A stretch of 64,000 nucleotides of DNA from Rhizaria sp. SCN 62-66. Lineage: Eukaryota. Below are positions 51,097 to 63,400 of the stretch, in pieces. Under the pieces are notes generated by a model. The model was not told where the DNA came from, ran no database searches, and saw nothing but the letters and a program-made list of their open reading frames with translations. The translations under genes and the position numbers were made by a program. The stretch spans positions 62,001 through 126,000 of the forward strand of contig MEDY01000087.1 of assembly GCA_001724265.1 (NCBI GenBank), given 5' to 3'. Numbering within the stretch: the first letter of the stretch is position 1; each line of letters starts with the position of its first letter.

Positions 51097-52352
51097 GCGA
51101 TGCGGCAGCTCTGCGGCATCAACATCATCGACCAGTAATTTTCTATTGAGGAAGACTTTCCCAATGGACGTCCCAATGAAAGGTCTGCAACAAGCTACAA
51201 TAGTGTTTAAAAAAAAAAAACTCTACCTATTAACCCGTCTATATATAATGAAACAATCACAAGATCTGCGTCTACTAGCATGTAGCATCGCACGCGTAAC
51301 TCAATACATCACATCTCGGCCCACAATGATGGGGTACATGTGTCGCGTTGCGTGCACGTATATTTGTTTGATATGAGTGCGCATATAACATTTATGAAAA
51401 GCGAATTGTTTGAAATGTTTGTTTATGATTTTATTTTTGATCATGTCGAGGCTCATACCAGCAGCCCTGTCCCGTCCGAACGCACTATCATAGCAGTGCG
51501 GCATCCTATCTCGTCGCCATCATCACATTCGTGTTGTTTGTGAGATCGCAATATAGATATAGAAATGCCGCGTTAAAGAAAAAGAAAAAAGAAAATAAAC
51601 CTATTAAACCAGCACTGCGAGAAAAGCAGTTGTTGGCAAATCTCGTTTGCACATGCGAAGGCATTGAGATGAGTGAGTACACCCAAAAGAAAAGAAACGA
51701 AAAAGAAAGAAAAACTGCAAAAACAAAAAAACAAAAATTATAAAATACTAACGATTTTGTAAAATAAAGTTGACTTTAATGCCAATAAATACAAAGCATG
51801 GGAGTATAGTGTGATGCTTATCACAAAAAGCAAACGACACGTCGCAATAACAACAAGCGAACCAATCAAGCGGCACACTCTGGAGAGACTTGTGCACCAG
51901 CACATGGAAGCAGCGCCCCAATGGATGATGAGTGGACGGCGTCACCCACTGCAAGAGACGTACGCGTGTGCCTGCTATCCGCATGCAACGACGACCGAAG
52001 CGGGGTTAAGCGGCGTTGAGCATCACTTGAGAAGCGGCGCTCATTCGACTGTTTAAGACAGTGAGCAGACCGCTACGCAGCCGCATCACATGCCGGGCAA
52101 GCAGCCACAAGCAACCGTCGTTTGAGCCGTGGTCGACTCTCTGTGAGAGAGTGCACGAAATGTGGTATAGTGCTGCGATGACGATACAAAACGAACGTGT
52201 GCAGATCAAACGCTCGACTGTTGGTGACGTTGGTGTTGCCTGCGCACGCTAAGAGCGAGATAACACGCCGTCGCAGTGCTGCGCACCGCTGCTGACTGCC
52301 CGGGTGCCGCTGCGTTCGCCTGCCGCGCGGCCGCTGAACGGAGTGGGGCCGC

Positions 52353-53192
52353 TTACTCGTACTGCTTGGTGACGAGCTTGAGCTGCGGGATGAGGCGCGA
52401 GTCGACCTTGTACTCGACGCGCGACAGCACCTTGCGCTTGATGTCCTCGGGGAAGTCGGCGGGGAAGTCCCACGTGTCGGTGAGTGCCACCGTCTGCGCC
52501 TGGACCTGCTCCAGCGACACCGGGTGGTTGGGGAACATGGCCTGGAACGGGTGCTCGGGACCCGGGTAGACCTTGAGGCGCGCCATCTGGTTCAGCTTGT
52601 GCTTCGTCTTGGGGATCATACCGCGCACGGCGTGCAGAAGCACGCGTTCGGGGGCGCGGTTGCGCCACTCGATCGCGGGGACCTCCTTGAGGTTGCCGAC
52701 GTAGCTGTGCGTGGGGGGCGTGTAGGGCAAAGGCAAAGAGAGAAAGGGGACGGGGGGGAAGCAAAGAGAAGATTCCGGGAGTGCAAGAAAGAAGGGGTTT
52801 GTCCAAAAGTGAGTTAAAAATGCCAGAACTAATGACATAGGTCATGCCCGAAAAAGCTAGAGCAAAGCGAGAGGGTGAGTTAGCGCTAAAGCACCAACGT
52901 GCGAGTGTGGAGTGAGACAAAACAAAAAGCGCGAGCGTGCGGGTCAGCGTGGAGGCGAGAAGGGATGTACGTACCCAGTGTGGCGACGGTAGATCTTCTG
53001 GTCCCACTTGCGGCCAGTGAACTTGATGTCCTTGACGTTGACGACGACAACGGTGTCGCCGCAGTCGACGTTGGGGGTGTAGGTGGGCTTGTGCTTGCCC
53101 ATGAGCACAGTGGCGACGTGCTGGGAGAGGCGGCCGACGATCTGCGACTTGGCGTCGAACAAATGCCAGGACTGCTTGATCACCTTACTCAT
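52353..53192 (-). CDS. MRPL13: Mitochondrial (bacterial-type) ribosomal protein uL13, 189 aa, 2 exons (53192-52975, 52704-52353)
   Basis: WHLFDAKSQIVGRL...LMGKHKPTYTPNVDCGDTVVVVN...FTGRKWDQKIYRRHTG|YVGNLKE...AVRGMIPK...RLKVYPGPEHP. Intron of 270 nt (GTACGT..CAG). Stop is TAA. Confidence 0.95.
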
Positions 53193-54091
53193 TGGTGCCG
53201 TCCTGGTGGGACAACAGAGGAAGTAGGGGAAGCATGGAAGGAAAAAAGGGAATGTCAGTCAGGCGGTGGGCGAATGTGGCTGAACGGCGACTGGGAGGGA
53301 GGCGCCCAGGGACACAGATCGCGCAGAAGAGATACATTATTAAGTGCGAAGGTAAAACAAGACATGCTCAGTCATGAAAGTGTTATAATTTATCTAATGA
53401 TGAAGGACAGAGCGTGCATTTAGAGCTCAATCGAAGGCCTCGGTCGAGCCCGAGAAGACCGTGGGCCGGTTGGAAAAGTCTAGCCGCCCCCGGTCAAAAC
53501 ATGATTTGGGAGCCATAAAGACGTCTTAAAAGGATAAACTGTGTATTGAAGCATGATTTAAACATGCCAGTGTACTTTTGTAACACATATTGCCACTGAA
53601 ACCCGGACCACGTACGCACATCGCGCACTAATCCGCTCCGAAGCGCCGTCTTGGACGCCCCAGCTCAGACTAACCGAGTCCCAAGCAGCACGCTGATTCG
53701 GATCAAAACAGCCACGAAGCAGCGCTTCTCCCACCCACCAGCACGCCGCGCCCGGTCGCCGCGCGTCACCGCGCCCCGGCACACCCCCGTGGCCCGGTCC
53801 TCGCGTCATCACGGTTGGACGGGGCTCGCAGGGCAGGCAGAGGTGGGGCGTGGTGTCAGACCGCCTCGACAGCAGAAACGGCGACGATGGGCGGGTCGAG
53901 AGAGCGACGCGTGCGGGGGCGGGGAGGACGGGGTGCGCGCGCGCAGAAAGCACGCCCAGTCACTCACGGATCCGTACAAACTGCGCGGCGCGTCCTCGCG
54001 CGGGCGCGGTGGGCGGGCGGGCGGGAGTTGAAGGTGTCGCCATAGTGTGGCGACAGAATGAGAAACGAACGCAAACAAGGGGGAAGGGAAC

Positions 54092-54720
54092 TTACTCAGC
54101 GGTGGGGGCAGGGGTGGAAGCGCCAAAGATCTTACCGAGGATGTGGAGGAAGACGACGGTGCCGATGTAGGCGACGGAGACGAAGAGAACGGCGTTGGGG
54201 GAGCTGCGTGGGGAGCAAGGCAAGGAGAGAGGGGGAGGGAAGGAGGTGAGTATCAGAGTGGATTTGGCGGGGCAAAACGAGACATTGCAAAAGAAAAGTG
54301 GATGTTAGCGTAGATAAGATCATGACGTACAGCTTGATTCCGGGGGTGTCCTCGGAGAAGAAGCGGAGCATGTTGGCGGAGGGGTCCGCCGCGTTGTTCA
54401 TAGCAACCTTCTGGGTACGCTGAGGTAGTGGGCGAGATGACGAAACAGGGACACGATATACGCGATGGAAACAGGATGTTGTGAGATAAATGTGGTAGGA
54501 TAGCGCTGGATATTGACTAGTGTGTGCGAAAAAATGTACTGCATGATAGAAACCAGCGATGGAGAGCCAGGGTGGATCGCTGACTCACACTTTAGCTTGT
54601 GCGAAGATGGGAGGGGATATGGCAAGCAAGGACGGGCGTTTCGGAAGGGAATGTCGCGCTTACACGCAACGCAAAAAATAGACTTAGAAGAAACAAACAT
54701 AAACATCTCGCACGTACCAT
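54092..54720 (-). CDS. SEC61B: Protein translocon subunit Sec61-beta, ~67 aa, exons 54720-54718 (ATG only), 54419-54331, 54203-54092
   Basis: MLRFFSEDTPGIKL|SPNAVLFVSVAYIGTVVFLHILGK matches the Sec61-beta signature and TM helix. GTACGT donors. Stop is TAA. The ATG-only first exon is inferred. Confidence 0.92.
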
Positions 54721-55176
54721 TAGAAAAGAAACAACCTAACTTAGGGTCGACAAATGGACAACAAAGCAGCGGCCTCGTCATGGCCGAAGAGGCCCGCTTA
54801 GGCCAAACCGGTCAACCGAATTAACCATCATTTTTCGGAACCTGTAAATCCCAACCACTGGCTGCGAGCTGGTGTGACCACGCTTTCATTTAAGACCTTT
54901 GCAAGAAGGCTAATATTATTATTATTATTATCTACGTACGTTGAAGTAAACTTTTCTGTCTCATCCAAATTATACTAAGTTGCCAATTTATACAATGATG
55001 GTTATTCCCTTCAACGACTCCCCCGTACAACAGTCGATCGGCTGTCGACCCCCACCGTCCTTCCTTCGACCATACCAGCCTCTGGCGCAGTGAGACCGCA
55101 CTCAATAGCTACAACAGCAAAGGACTAGGGCGGCCACACGTTAACGTCGGTGCTCTTAGAGCTGAATTTAGGTTAA

Positions 55177-58100
55177 ATGCTATTAGCTTCTTCTAAGCCG
55201 CGCCTCAGTAAGTCGCTTGTGGCCGTGGCGATGCTTGTACAACTACTCGCAGCGATGTTACCTGTGCCTGCTGTAGCAGCCGGGGGCGGGATTGACTGTC
55301 AAGCTAATGCGGAACAAAAGCCAATTCAGTTAACCCCGCAGCTTGCGTTGCTAGCGGGGGACGTGATTAGCTTCCGCGCAGTACGTTCATCAACCGCCTC
55401 TGTACACACTTCACTTCAAGTCACTTTAAGTCACAAACATCGCTACTTTCCTGTTATCATTCGATAGGTCAAAATTTATCAACCACACGCTTTTTGTAAT
55501 TATGCGTTGCTTTTTGCCTAGAATTATGGCACAGTAACTGGTTATCTTGCTCCTCAAGATACGACTGCCTCGAGCAAAGACTGTTCGACTGTGCCACTTA
55601 CAGTTGTAAAGGAGCAGTCGCGTACAACGCAGGTATTTCGTAATGAAACTCAAACATGTCGTTTATCAGTGTTTTATAATAGCTTTACGTTGTTTTTCCT
55701 TGGAATCTGTGAATTCTACAAAGATATACCTTGTTTAAGAACGCTGACATCGCACGCATCTTCCTTCCCAACCTCTTGAATCTCTCTCACACACTGCAGT
55801 TCATCATCGTCCCCGTGGCTGTGCTCGACGATGAGTCCATCGACGTCGCGTCCCAGACGCTGCCCACAGCGACGACGACCGCGCCGCGCCTCGTGTCGAC
55901 AGTGCAGCTCATCCATATCACGGACGGGCGCATGCTCGGCACGCGCGCCTGCTCTACCCCGCGGTCTGTGTGCAACTCAGCGCCGGTGTTGCTGCCCAAG
56001 TCGTTCACCTACCCGTGCAACCACACGATGAAAATGTTCAACAGCATCTGGGACCTGGAAGCGCACAACATCACGGCGCAGGCGTACCAGGCGCTGCTGA
56101 GGGACCGGTCGGAACAAAGTAAGTGAAAAGTTACATATAGATCACTGATCACAAGAGATCTCTCTCGAAATAATCGCTGTATATATATTTTTCGCTCGTG
56201 GGTAATGTATCTGACGGTTTTCCTCCTTCATTTTGGTTGTCTTTGATTCAACTGTGTTCATCACACTTTGCGCGTAGCTGATGCGACTGGTCCGACGAGT
56301 CTGCTGCCGACGGCGCCAGGACTGATATTCCCCTCAATCCCCAACATCAGTGCAAACTCACAAGGCAGTGGCTTCAACATCTTCAGCAGCAACAGTAACG
56401 TCAAGACTGCCAACATCAGCACGAGTGGTGAGAGCACAAGCTCGGCAGGCGCGACTGCGATCAACGCGAGCGCAAGCGAGGCTGGCACTGAAGCTGACAA
56501 GGACGCAGGAGGCGTCGACGCCGCAATCGAGGCGGCAATGACCGCGGCGGCGCTGTCGCTCGCGGAAGACATCTGCCTCGACGAGACAATTCGTGGCAGC
56601 GGGCCGATCAGCGCGCTCGGTTATCAAAGTCGAAATAGAGGCGCTGCGCGCACATTCAGCGCATCGGCCCAAAGCCAAGCCACAGGTCATAGCGCTGACG
56701 CGAATGATATTGTTGACTATGATGAGTATGATGATGATCTCAGCAATGATCTTGATTAGGATAGTGGCGGACTCACGGGGAAACGACGCGTGAGTCGCGT
56801 CTTTGCCCCTCGCTGGCAGCCATACGGCTCCGCAACGCGCGCGCGCAGTCACTCCACAGCTACTGGTCGCAGCCACACAACGCTCGCTCACAGTCATCTC
56901 GACACGGCGGACCAACACAGCAGCAGCAGCGAACCCGTCAACAGTGCCCCTGAGGGCGGCCTCGTGCGCAGCGGCAAGCACGTGCGCGTCAGCGCCAGAG
57001 CGGAGCGGCGCCACGCGGAGGCGGAGCTCGCCGCGGCGCCAAACCCGCCCGCGGCGAGGCCGAGCACCGTCTGGCGCGACCTGCGCGCGCAGCAGCGGCT
57101 CCTGCAACAGCAATATGAGCAGCAACAGCAGAAACAGCAGCAAGCGCAGCAGCAACATCAACGGCTGAAGAATGAGACGCCGTCGAACGAGGGTCTAGGC
57201 GGACATACGCACAGTGTAAGCACTTTAGCAACAGGCAGTGCAGCTGCAATGGCGGCGGAGACGCGCGACAGGCGTGACCGCAGCACGATGCCAGTGAGAT
57301 CGCAGTCACCGCAGCCGTCACAGTCGCCGAGCAACAGCGGTGCGCAGGCGCATAGCAGCACTGGTGACCCACAGTCACTTGGGACAAACCCGATGTCGCA
57401 AAATGACAGTTACAGCGCCAAGTCAGGCGGTACAGGTGCACACTCAAGTCCTGAAACTGCACGAAACGCAGTTATCGCAAGCGAGAGTGACGCCGACAGT
57501 GAAAGTGGCCGTGAGCGTGCTGAAGCTGCAGTCTCGCGCGAGCGCGCGGAGCAGTACCTCACCACTCTCGAGCGCTACGGCAGCAACCCTGCTCTGCTCA
57601 GGAAACAGCTCCAGTGGCAACCACTCGACACAACCGGCGCCACTAAGAGCAGTGCAAATACGAGCCAGAACACGAACTCCGCGGAATCGGCGTCAACAAG
57701 CACTGGCGGGGCTGCTGAACCCACTACCGCTGCCTCCGAGACCGCTGCGGCTGCTGCTGCGTCCGAGACGACGGTGGCGACGGCGGCAGCAAGCACGACG
57801 ACCGAGGCCGTCATGCCGGGCACGATGCTCGGCAGCGGAAGCGACGCCACGGACCTCATGAACATGATCAACGTCGGCGGGTTGGCCTCGTTCCTGTCGA
57901 GCAGCGGCGGTCTCACCGCGGGTACGGGCGTCACCACGCCAGGCCAGTCGCAGGGCGTCGAGGCCACGGCGGCGGCCGCAGCGGCCACGGCCACAGGCTC
58001 GCTGATCGGGCTTGACCCGAGCCAGATCTTCAAGCCGGGCGATTCGCTGGGGCTGCAGTCGACGCAGGAGAAGATGCTGCAGTCGCAGCTCAGCATGGTC

Positions 58101-60137
58101 CAGCAGACGCAGCTGGCGAACCAAACACAGCTGCTCTCTGCCGCCACGCCGCTCAACTACGTCAACAACACGGCCTTCATTTCGCTCAAGATCCGCCCGC
58201 TCGGGGCGGGGCCTGTGGAGCTGGTGACGCCGTGCGCGACCTACGTGACGCAGGACACCCTGTCGCCGCCGGTTTACTCGCCGGAGCCGAAGTCGATCTC
58301 ACCGTTCGCAGTCAGGGGCGGCGACGGCAGCGGAGGCGGAGGAGGGCGCGGGCGCAGGCGACGGGGGAGTAAGGTCTCGGGTAAGCGTGGCCGTAAGCAG
58401 AAGCGCAAGAATAAGACCATGAGAACGCAGAGTGCTGGGAAACGAGACCGCAAGAAGACATTCGCGAACACTGACGCCGAGCGTTCACCGCAGCGATACG
58501 TGCCTGCGCACAGCGACTTCGGAGCCCACAGTCACTTTCAGCCATTTTCGACCCACGCAGCAGAACAAACACAGCACATCAACAGAAACAGCGCGTCCCC
58601 TGCAACAACGACAACAACGAGGACAAGTGACCGCAGCACGAGCTCTCGCAGCAGCGACACCAGCGGCTCGTGGCTGAAAGTGAAGGATGTCGCCACAGGC
58701 GCGACGCACCGCGTCCTCAGCTCGGCGGTGCACACGCCGCGCGCGCGCGCAGTGGGCGCCGTGAGCGCGGGCAATGTCGTCATGGGCCGACTCGCCAGCC
58801 GCGGGCGCCACGGCACCGTCAGCGCGCGCGCCCACGGTAGCAGCGCGGATCTGCGCAGCGCAAACGGCGAGAGCCTGCGGACGAGCTTGCTCGACGCTGA
58901 CAGCGACGTTGACGGCGACGGTGATGGAAGCTCAGGGGGCTGGGCAGCGTGGGCCCGTAGCAGGGTGCGGAGCGTGGTGGCCGGGCTCGGGCTTGGGAAC
59001 GAGCGGTTCGCAAGGGAAACACGGCGCGGCACATCGCCCGCCAGCGACCCGCAGTCGTTGGTCTTGCTCACTGGCGACTCGGGCTCCAGCTCGGGCTCGA
59101 GCAGCAATAGCGGACACAGCAGCAGCAGCAGCAGTGACTTTGACTTTGACGCAGACGATGACGAAGACGAAGACGATGACAATGATGACTTCAACAGCGA
59201 CGATGATGGCAATAATAGCAACAGCAGTGGTAACGGCAGGAGCAACGGTCACAGTCGTAGTCGCGCTCGCGGTCACGGGTTCCGTACGCAGCAGACCAAC
59301 GGCAGCAGCAGCGGCGTAGACCTCATGTCCGACTGCGTAATCCGCGCCGTGATGAACACCGACGGCACAACCAGCGGCGTCGAGTGCATGCCCACCTTCT
59401 CGGCCTGCCCCACGCCCACGGCGCTGGATTCGAGCACCTTGTGGTCGGTGACGCGCGTGCCTTTCAGTGACGTGCCCACCAGCTCGCTCTTCGTCGCAGA
59501 GACAATGACCAACATCAACTACGACATGGACTACGCAACCGTCAACACGTACCCGTTCGTCATCGGGCAGATGGCGCTACGCAACTTCTCGCCCTTCGAG
59601 CAGTTCGTCACTGCGCGCGCTAGGAAGTCCATCGTGCAGAGCATCAGCTTCCGTTGGGGCGTAGGCATAACGCCCGTGGTCAACGTCGCCTTCGCGGACC
59701 TACCCAGTGTCATCGTGCAGCCGCTGCAAAACCTGCTCAACACGCTTATCGAGCCCGTCATCACGTTCCTGGAGGGGATCCTGCCCGGCCTGGGAACGCT
59801 GATCGCGGACATCGGCGTGCCCACGGCGTCGCTGGCGTTCGTCGAGCTCTCCGTGCCCATCTCCTTCGGCGGGTCCGCCACGCACACCGAGGCCACGGAC
59901 ATCTCCATCGCGTACTCGATCACCGCACCGCCGCAGTCGCACGTCGTGGGGCGCGGCATTGCGCACATGGGGCGCTCGTCCGTGCCCTTCACCATGGACC
60001 TGGCGCGGCGGGTCCATGTGCCTGCGGGCGTGTTTGGGCAGCTGACGGGACAGGTGATTAACTATGAGTACCGGATCCCCGGTGTATACGATGGCGCAAA
60101 CCTCATTAACACAGAGTTCATCGTAGACACGCTGTGA
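55177..60137 (+). CDS. Putative secreted protein with a C-terminal aerolysin/natterin-like beta-pore-forming domain, ~1497 aa, 4 exons (55177-55380, 55522-55632, 55800-56118, 56278-60137), one in-frame TAG at 56757
   Basis: Signal-peptide-like N-terminus (SLVAVAMLVQLLAAMLPVPAVAA) and three phase-consistent GT-AG introns. The C-terminal NINYD...LRNFSPFEQ...SISFRW...ISFGGSATHTE...YSITAPPQSHV...VPFT...GVYDG pattern resembles ETX/MTX2-aerolysin domains (recognised by eye). Stop is TGA. Confidence 0.7.
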
Positions 60138-60422
60138 GTACGGTGGCCGAGCATGGCAGTGTGGAAAATCTCACGGATTGCATTTGTGGTTGCGGAGCTC
60201 AGGCCCACGTGGATCTAAGATTTGAGTTGTGCTCTCACGTCATCTTCCGTTGTTGCTAAATGTACAAATGAAAATGATGATATGATACAAATATAAGTTT
60301 GGTTGCAATGTTGCGTTCTCTAAAATCAGCCATATAGTACAAATAACCATGATTTCCTTAACCCACCTCTCCACATCTCGCTCACCACAAACCACATCCG
60401 CGTTTGAATCTCCGACTCAGCC

Positions 60423-63400
60423 ATGCGCGCACCTCCCGCTGCGCAGGCCCCACCGCGGCCCGCACCGCGCCTAACCCTGCTGCTTGCACTTCTTGCAGCG
60501 CTCTCCTGCGTCACTGTTGATGCGTTCTTCATCAGCCTGGACCGCAACCCCTTCCTGGACGACTTCCCTGATGTCAGCGGTGACGCCGACGCCGCCAGCG
60601 ACGCCGCCACTGCGACCGCAGTGGACTACTGCACCTCGGACGCGGCTTCTGACGCCCAGCGCGCGCGCCACGCCGCCCTGCTCGCGCGCACCACCTTCGG
60701 CGGCAGCAGCAGCAGCAACAGCAGCGTTGGCGGTAACAGCACGGCAAGCGACCCTCTGCGCCGCCTCGCGTTCGGCTCATGCAACATGCAGCGCAAGTCG
60801 CAGCCGGCGTGGCACTCGCTGCTTGCACTTGCACGCGCGCCCGCGCCCGCCGCGCTGGCTGCGGCCCCCGCGTTCGCCCGCGGCGCCGAGATCTACCGCG
60901 CGCGTCGCGCGACCCATGCCGGCCGCCCAGTGACCCAGCCGGCTGAGCTGTTCCCGCGCGGCATGACGGGCGGCGACGTGCTCGACTTCCTGTTGCACCG
61001 TCCGCCGCCTGCCGTGGCGGCGCTGCTTACGGCCGCGCTTACGGACGCGCCCGACGCGCCCGCCCGCGCCGCCGCGGCGCGCGCCGCCGCCGAGGCCGCG
61101 GCCGACTCCGCCGTCGACCAGGGCCCCGCCGTGGACGCGTTCGTGTGGCTGGGGGACGCGGTGTACCTGGACAAGCCGTCGCCGATCCTGCTGGCGCCGA
61201 CGAGCGTGGCCGAGATGCGCGCGACGTGGCGCCGCCAGCACGCGCGCGCGGGCTACTGTGCGTTCCGCGCGCGCGTGCCCGTCGTGGGCGTGTGGGACGA
61301 CCACGACTACGGCGAGAACAACGGCGACATGTCGTACCCGGACAAGGAGCCCGCGCGCGAGATGTTTTGGGACTTCCTTGACGTGCCGCAGCCCGGAGAC
61401 ATCGCCGCCAAGAGCGCCAAGGCCGCCGCGGACGCCGCCGTGCTGCTGAGTGGGAGCAAGAGCGAGGGCGAGACGAGTGGCGGCTCGAAGCAAGATGTCG
61501 CCAGCTCTTCTACGACCCCGGTGAGTGCTGATGAAAGTGCTGATGTAGGTGCTGCGACTAAGCGTGCTGGTGAGGAGCTCGCGCACGACTGGGCGCGCAG
61601 CCGCGCGTCTAAGGGCAAGGGTACTTACTCAGCCGAGACGTGGGGCCCGCGCGGGCAGCGCGTGACACTGATCATGCTCGACGTGCGCTACCACCAGAAC
61701 ATTACCGCGGGCGACATGCTGGGCCGCGAGCAGTGGGCCTGGCTCGGGCAGCAGCTCGACAAGGCCTTCAACGGCGTCCCCAGCCAACACAGCAACAATA
61801 ATGATGATGGCAGCGACGCTGACACGGGCGCGAGCGACGTCATCATGCTCGGCTACGGCATCCAGGCCGTGTCCTGGTCCAAGCCCATCTCCGAGGGCTG
61901 GCGTTTCTTTCCCCAGGCCCGCACGCGCCTCTTCGCCGAGCTCTCCTCCCGCTTCGCGCCGTACCTCGCGCAAGCCACCACGCTGAGCCCGCGCCGCGAC
62001 GGGCCCGCCAGCGCAAACGGCATCAACGCCGCCGGGTCGCGGCTCAACTTCCCCGCATGGGTCGCGGACCTCACTGGCGGCCTGACTAAAAGCGCCCGCT
62101 TCTCGACGCTGACCCCGATAGAGGAAGGCTCCGACCTGGAGGCGACCGTGGCCGCCACGGCCGCCTCGTCGCCATTCTTCTCCCCCAAGAGTGCGTCCGC
62201 GGCAGGGAGCAAGCGTGTGCCGCCTGCGGTGATCCTGATTGCGGGAGACATCCATCTCGCTGAGCTGTCGCACACCGAAGTGCCCTTTGTGACCCCCGTC
62301 GGAACTTTCGACTCCGATCTGGCGACCGGCATGAGCTCCGCCCCCTCGGGCGCCCCCGCCGGCGCCGCCACCAACGCCGCCGAGGCCGCCGTGCTCTGGT
62401 CGCTGCCGGCCTTCGAGCTGACCACCTCGGGCATGACGCACGCGTGGGGGTACTCGGGCTCGCAGGGCCACCCGGCCGACTCACTCATGCACAAGGCTGT
62501 CACGGCCGCGTTCCCCCACGTCATGAACTCGCACGTGACGGCGCTGGCCCCCGGCGCGGCGCACGCGCGCGGCGCGGTGGCCAAGGCGGCCACGGTGGCG
62601 GCCATGACGCTCGCGCGCACGCTGCACCGCCTCGCGCTGGGCGCCATGGAGCGCGCGCGCGTGACGCGCACGGTGCCCGCGCCGCCCGCGCCCGGCGGCT
62701 GCCCCGTGGCCGCGACGGTGACCGAGTTCGTGCGCGTCATGGCGCTGCTCAAGGGCACGGCGACGCTGCCGATCGCGCAGATGCCCGAGCAGGGCATCTC
62801 GCAGGTCGCTCTGTGGGCCTGCCACCACGCCGACCAGGTGCGCCGCGCGGCCGAGCAGTGGCTGCTTGAGCAGAGCACGCAGTACATGGGGCTCAACTAC
62901 GCCACCGTGGACCTGGTGTGGGGCGCTGAGGACGCCGCGGCCACCGCGCGCGCGCACTCGCCCGCCGGCACCGCGGCGGCGGGGCTATCCGGCCTAGAGC
63001 TGCCAGCGGGCATCGCGCCGGTGCGCTGCCCCTGGTTCCTGTCCGCGGCCGAGGAGGGCGAGAGTAGCGCCGTCGTCGCCGTGCGCGACGCGTCGTCGGG
63101 CGAGCCCGTCGTCGTGACGCCGCTGCCCTTCTCCTTCCTGCGCCCGCGCCCCGTCGCCGTCGTCGCCCCCAAGGCCGCCAAGACCAGCGCTGAGAAGACC
63201 TCTCCTGCTCACGGTCACGGCGAGGGTCTCCCGGTGGTTGTCGGTCTGGCCAGCGCGGCGGGCGCAGACCCGGCGGCTCTGACCCGCGCGGCCGCGTCCG
63301 CCGCTGCCATCGCACTCGAGGAGGCGACCCTGCGGCTCGTCCGGCCCGCCAAGATCACCGCCGGCACGGTGCTTATGATCGCCGTCCCGCTGCTCGGGCT

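Noticed and set aside
53420-54060. GC-rich stretch between uL13 and Sec61-beta as a tRNA, ncRNA or small ORF
   Set aside because: No cloverleaf or A/B boxes seen and the ORFs are not protein-like. It is most likely the Sec61-beta 3' UTR plus the uL13 promoter. I found no tRNA, including a CUA suppressor, anywhere in the window by eye.
26676-56759. Treating the TAG-split ORFs as separate genes or as pseudogenes
   Set aside because: There is no intergenic or AT-rich spacer, the downstream ORFs open at GTG, and there are no frameshifts or TAA/TGA lesions. Every interruption is the same codon.
26676-56759. In-frame TAGs as 3' splice sites of cryptic introns
   Set aside because: Real introns here are AT/pyrimidine-rich with GTACGT-like donors, whereas the sequence before these TAGs is open and coding-like. 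Only 50206-50292 has a plausible local donor, and intron 45392 could in principle extend to 46032. Disfavoured, but not excluded without RNA data.
26676-56759. Pyrrolysine, selenocysteine or motif-driven leaky readthrough
   Set aside because: The context is eukaryotic with no pyl genes, Sec uses UGA, and no CARYYA- or CUAG-type context follows the TAGs.
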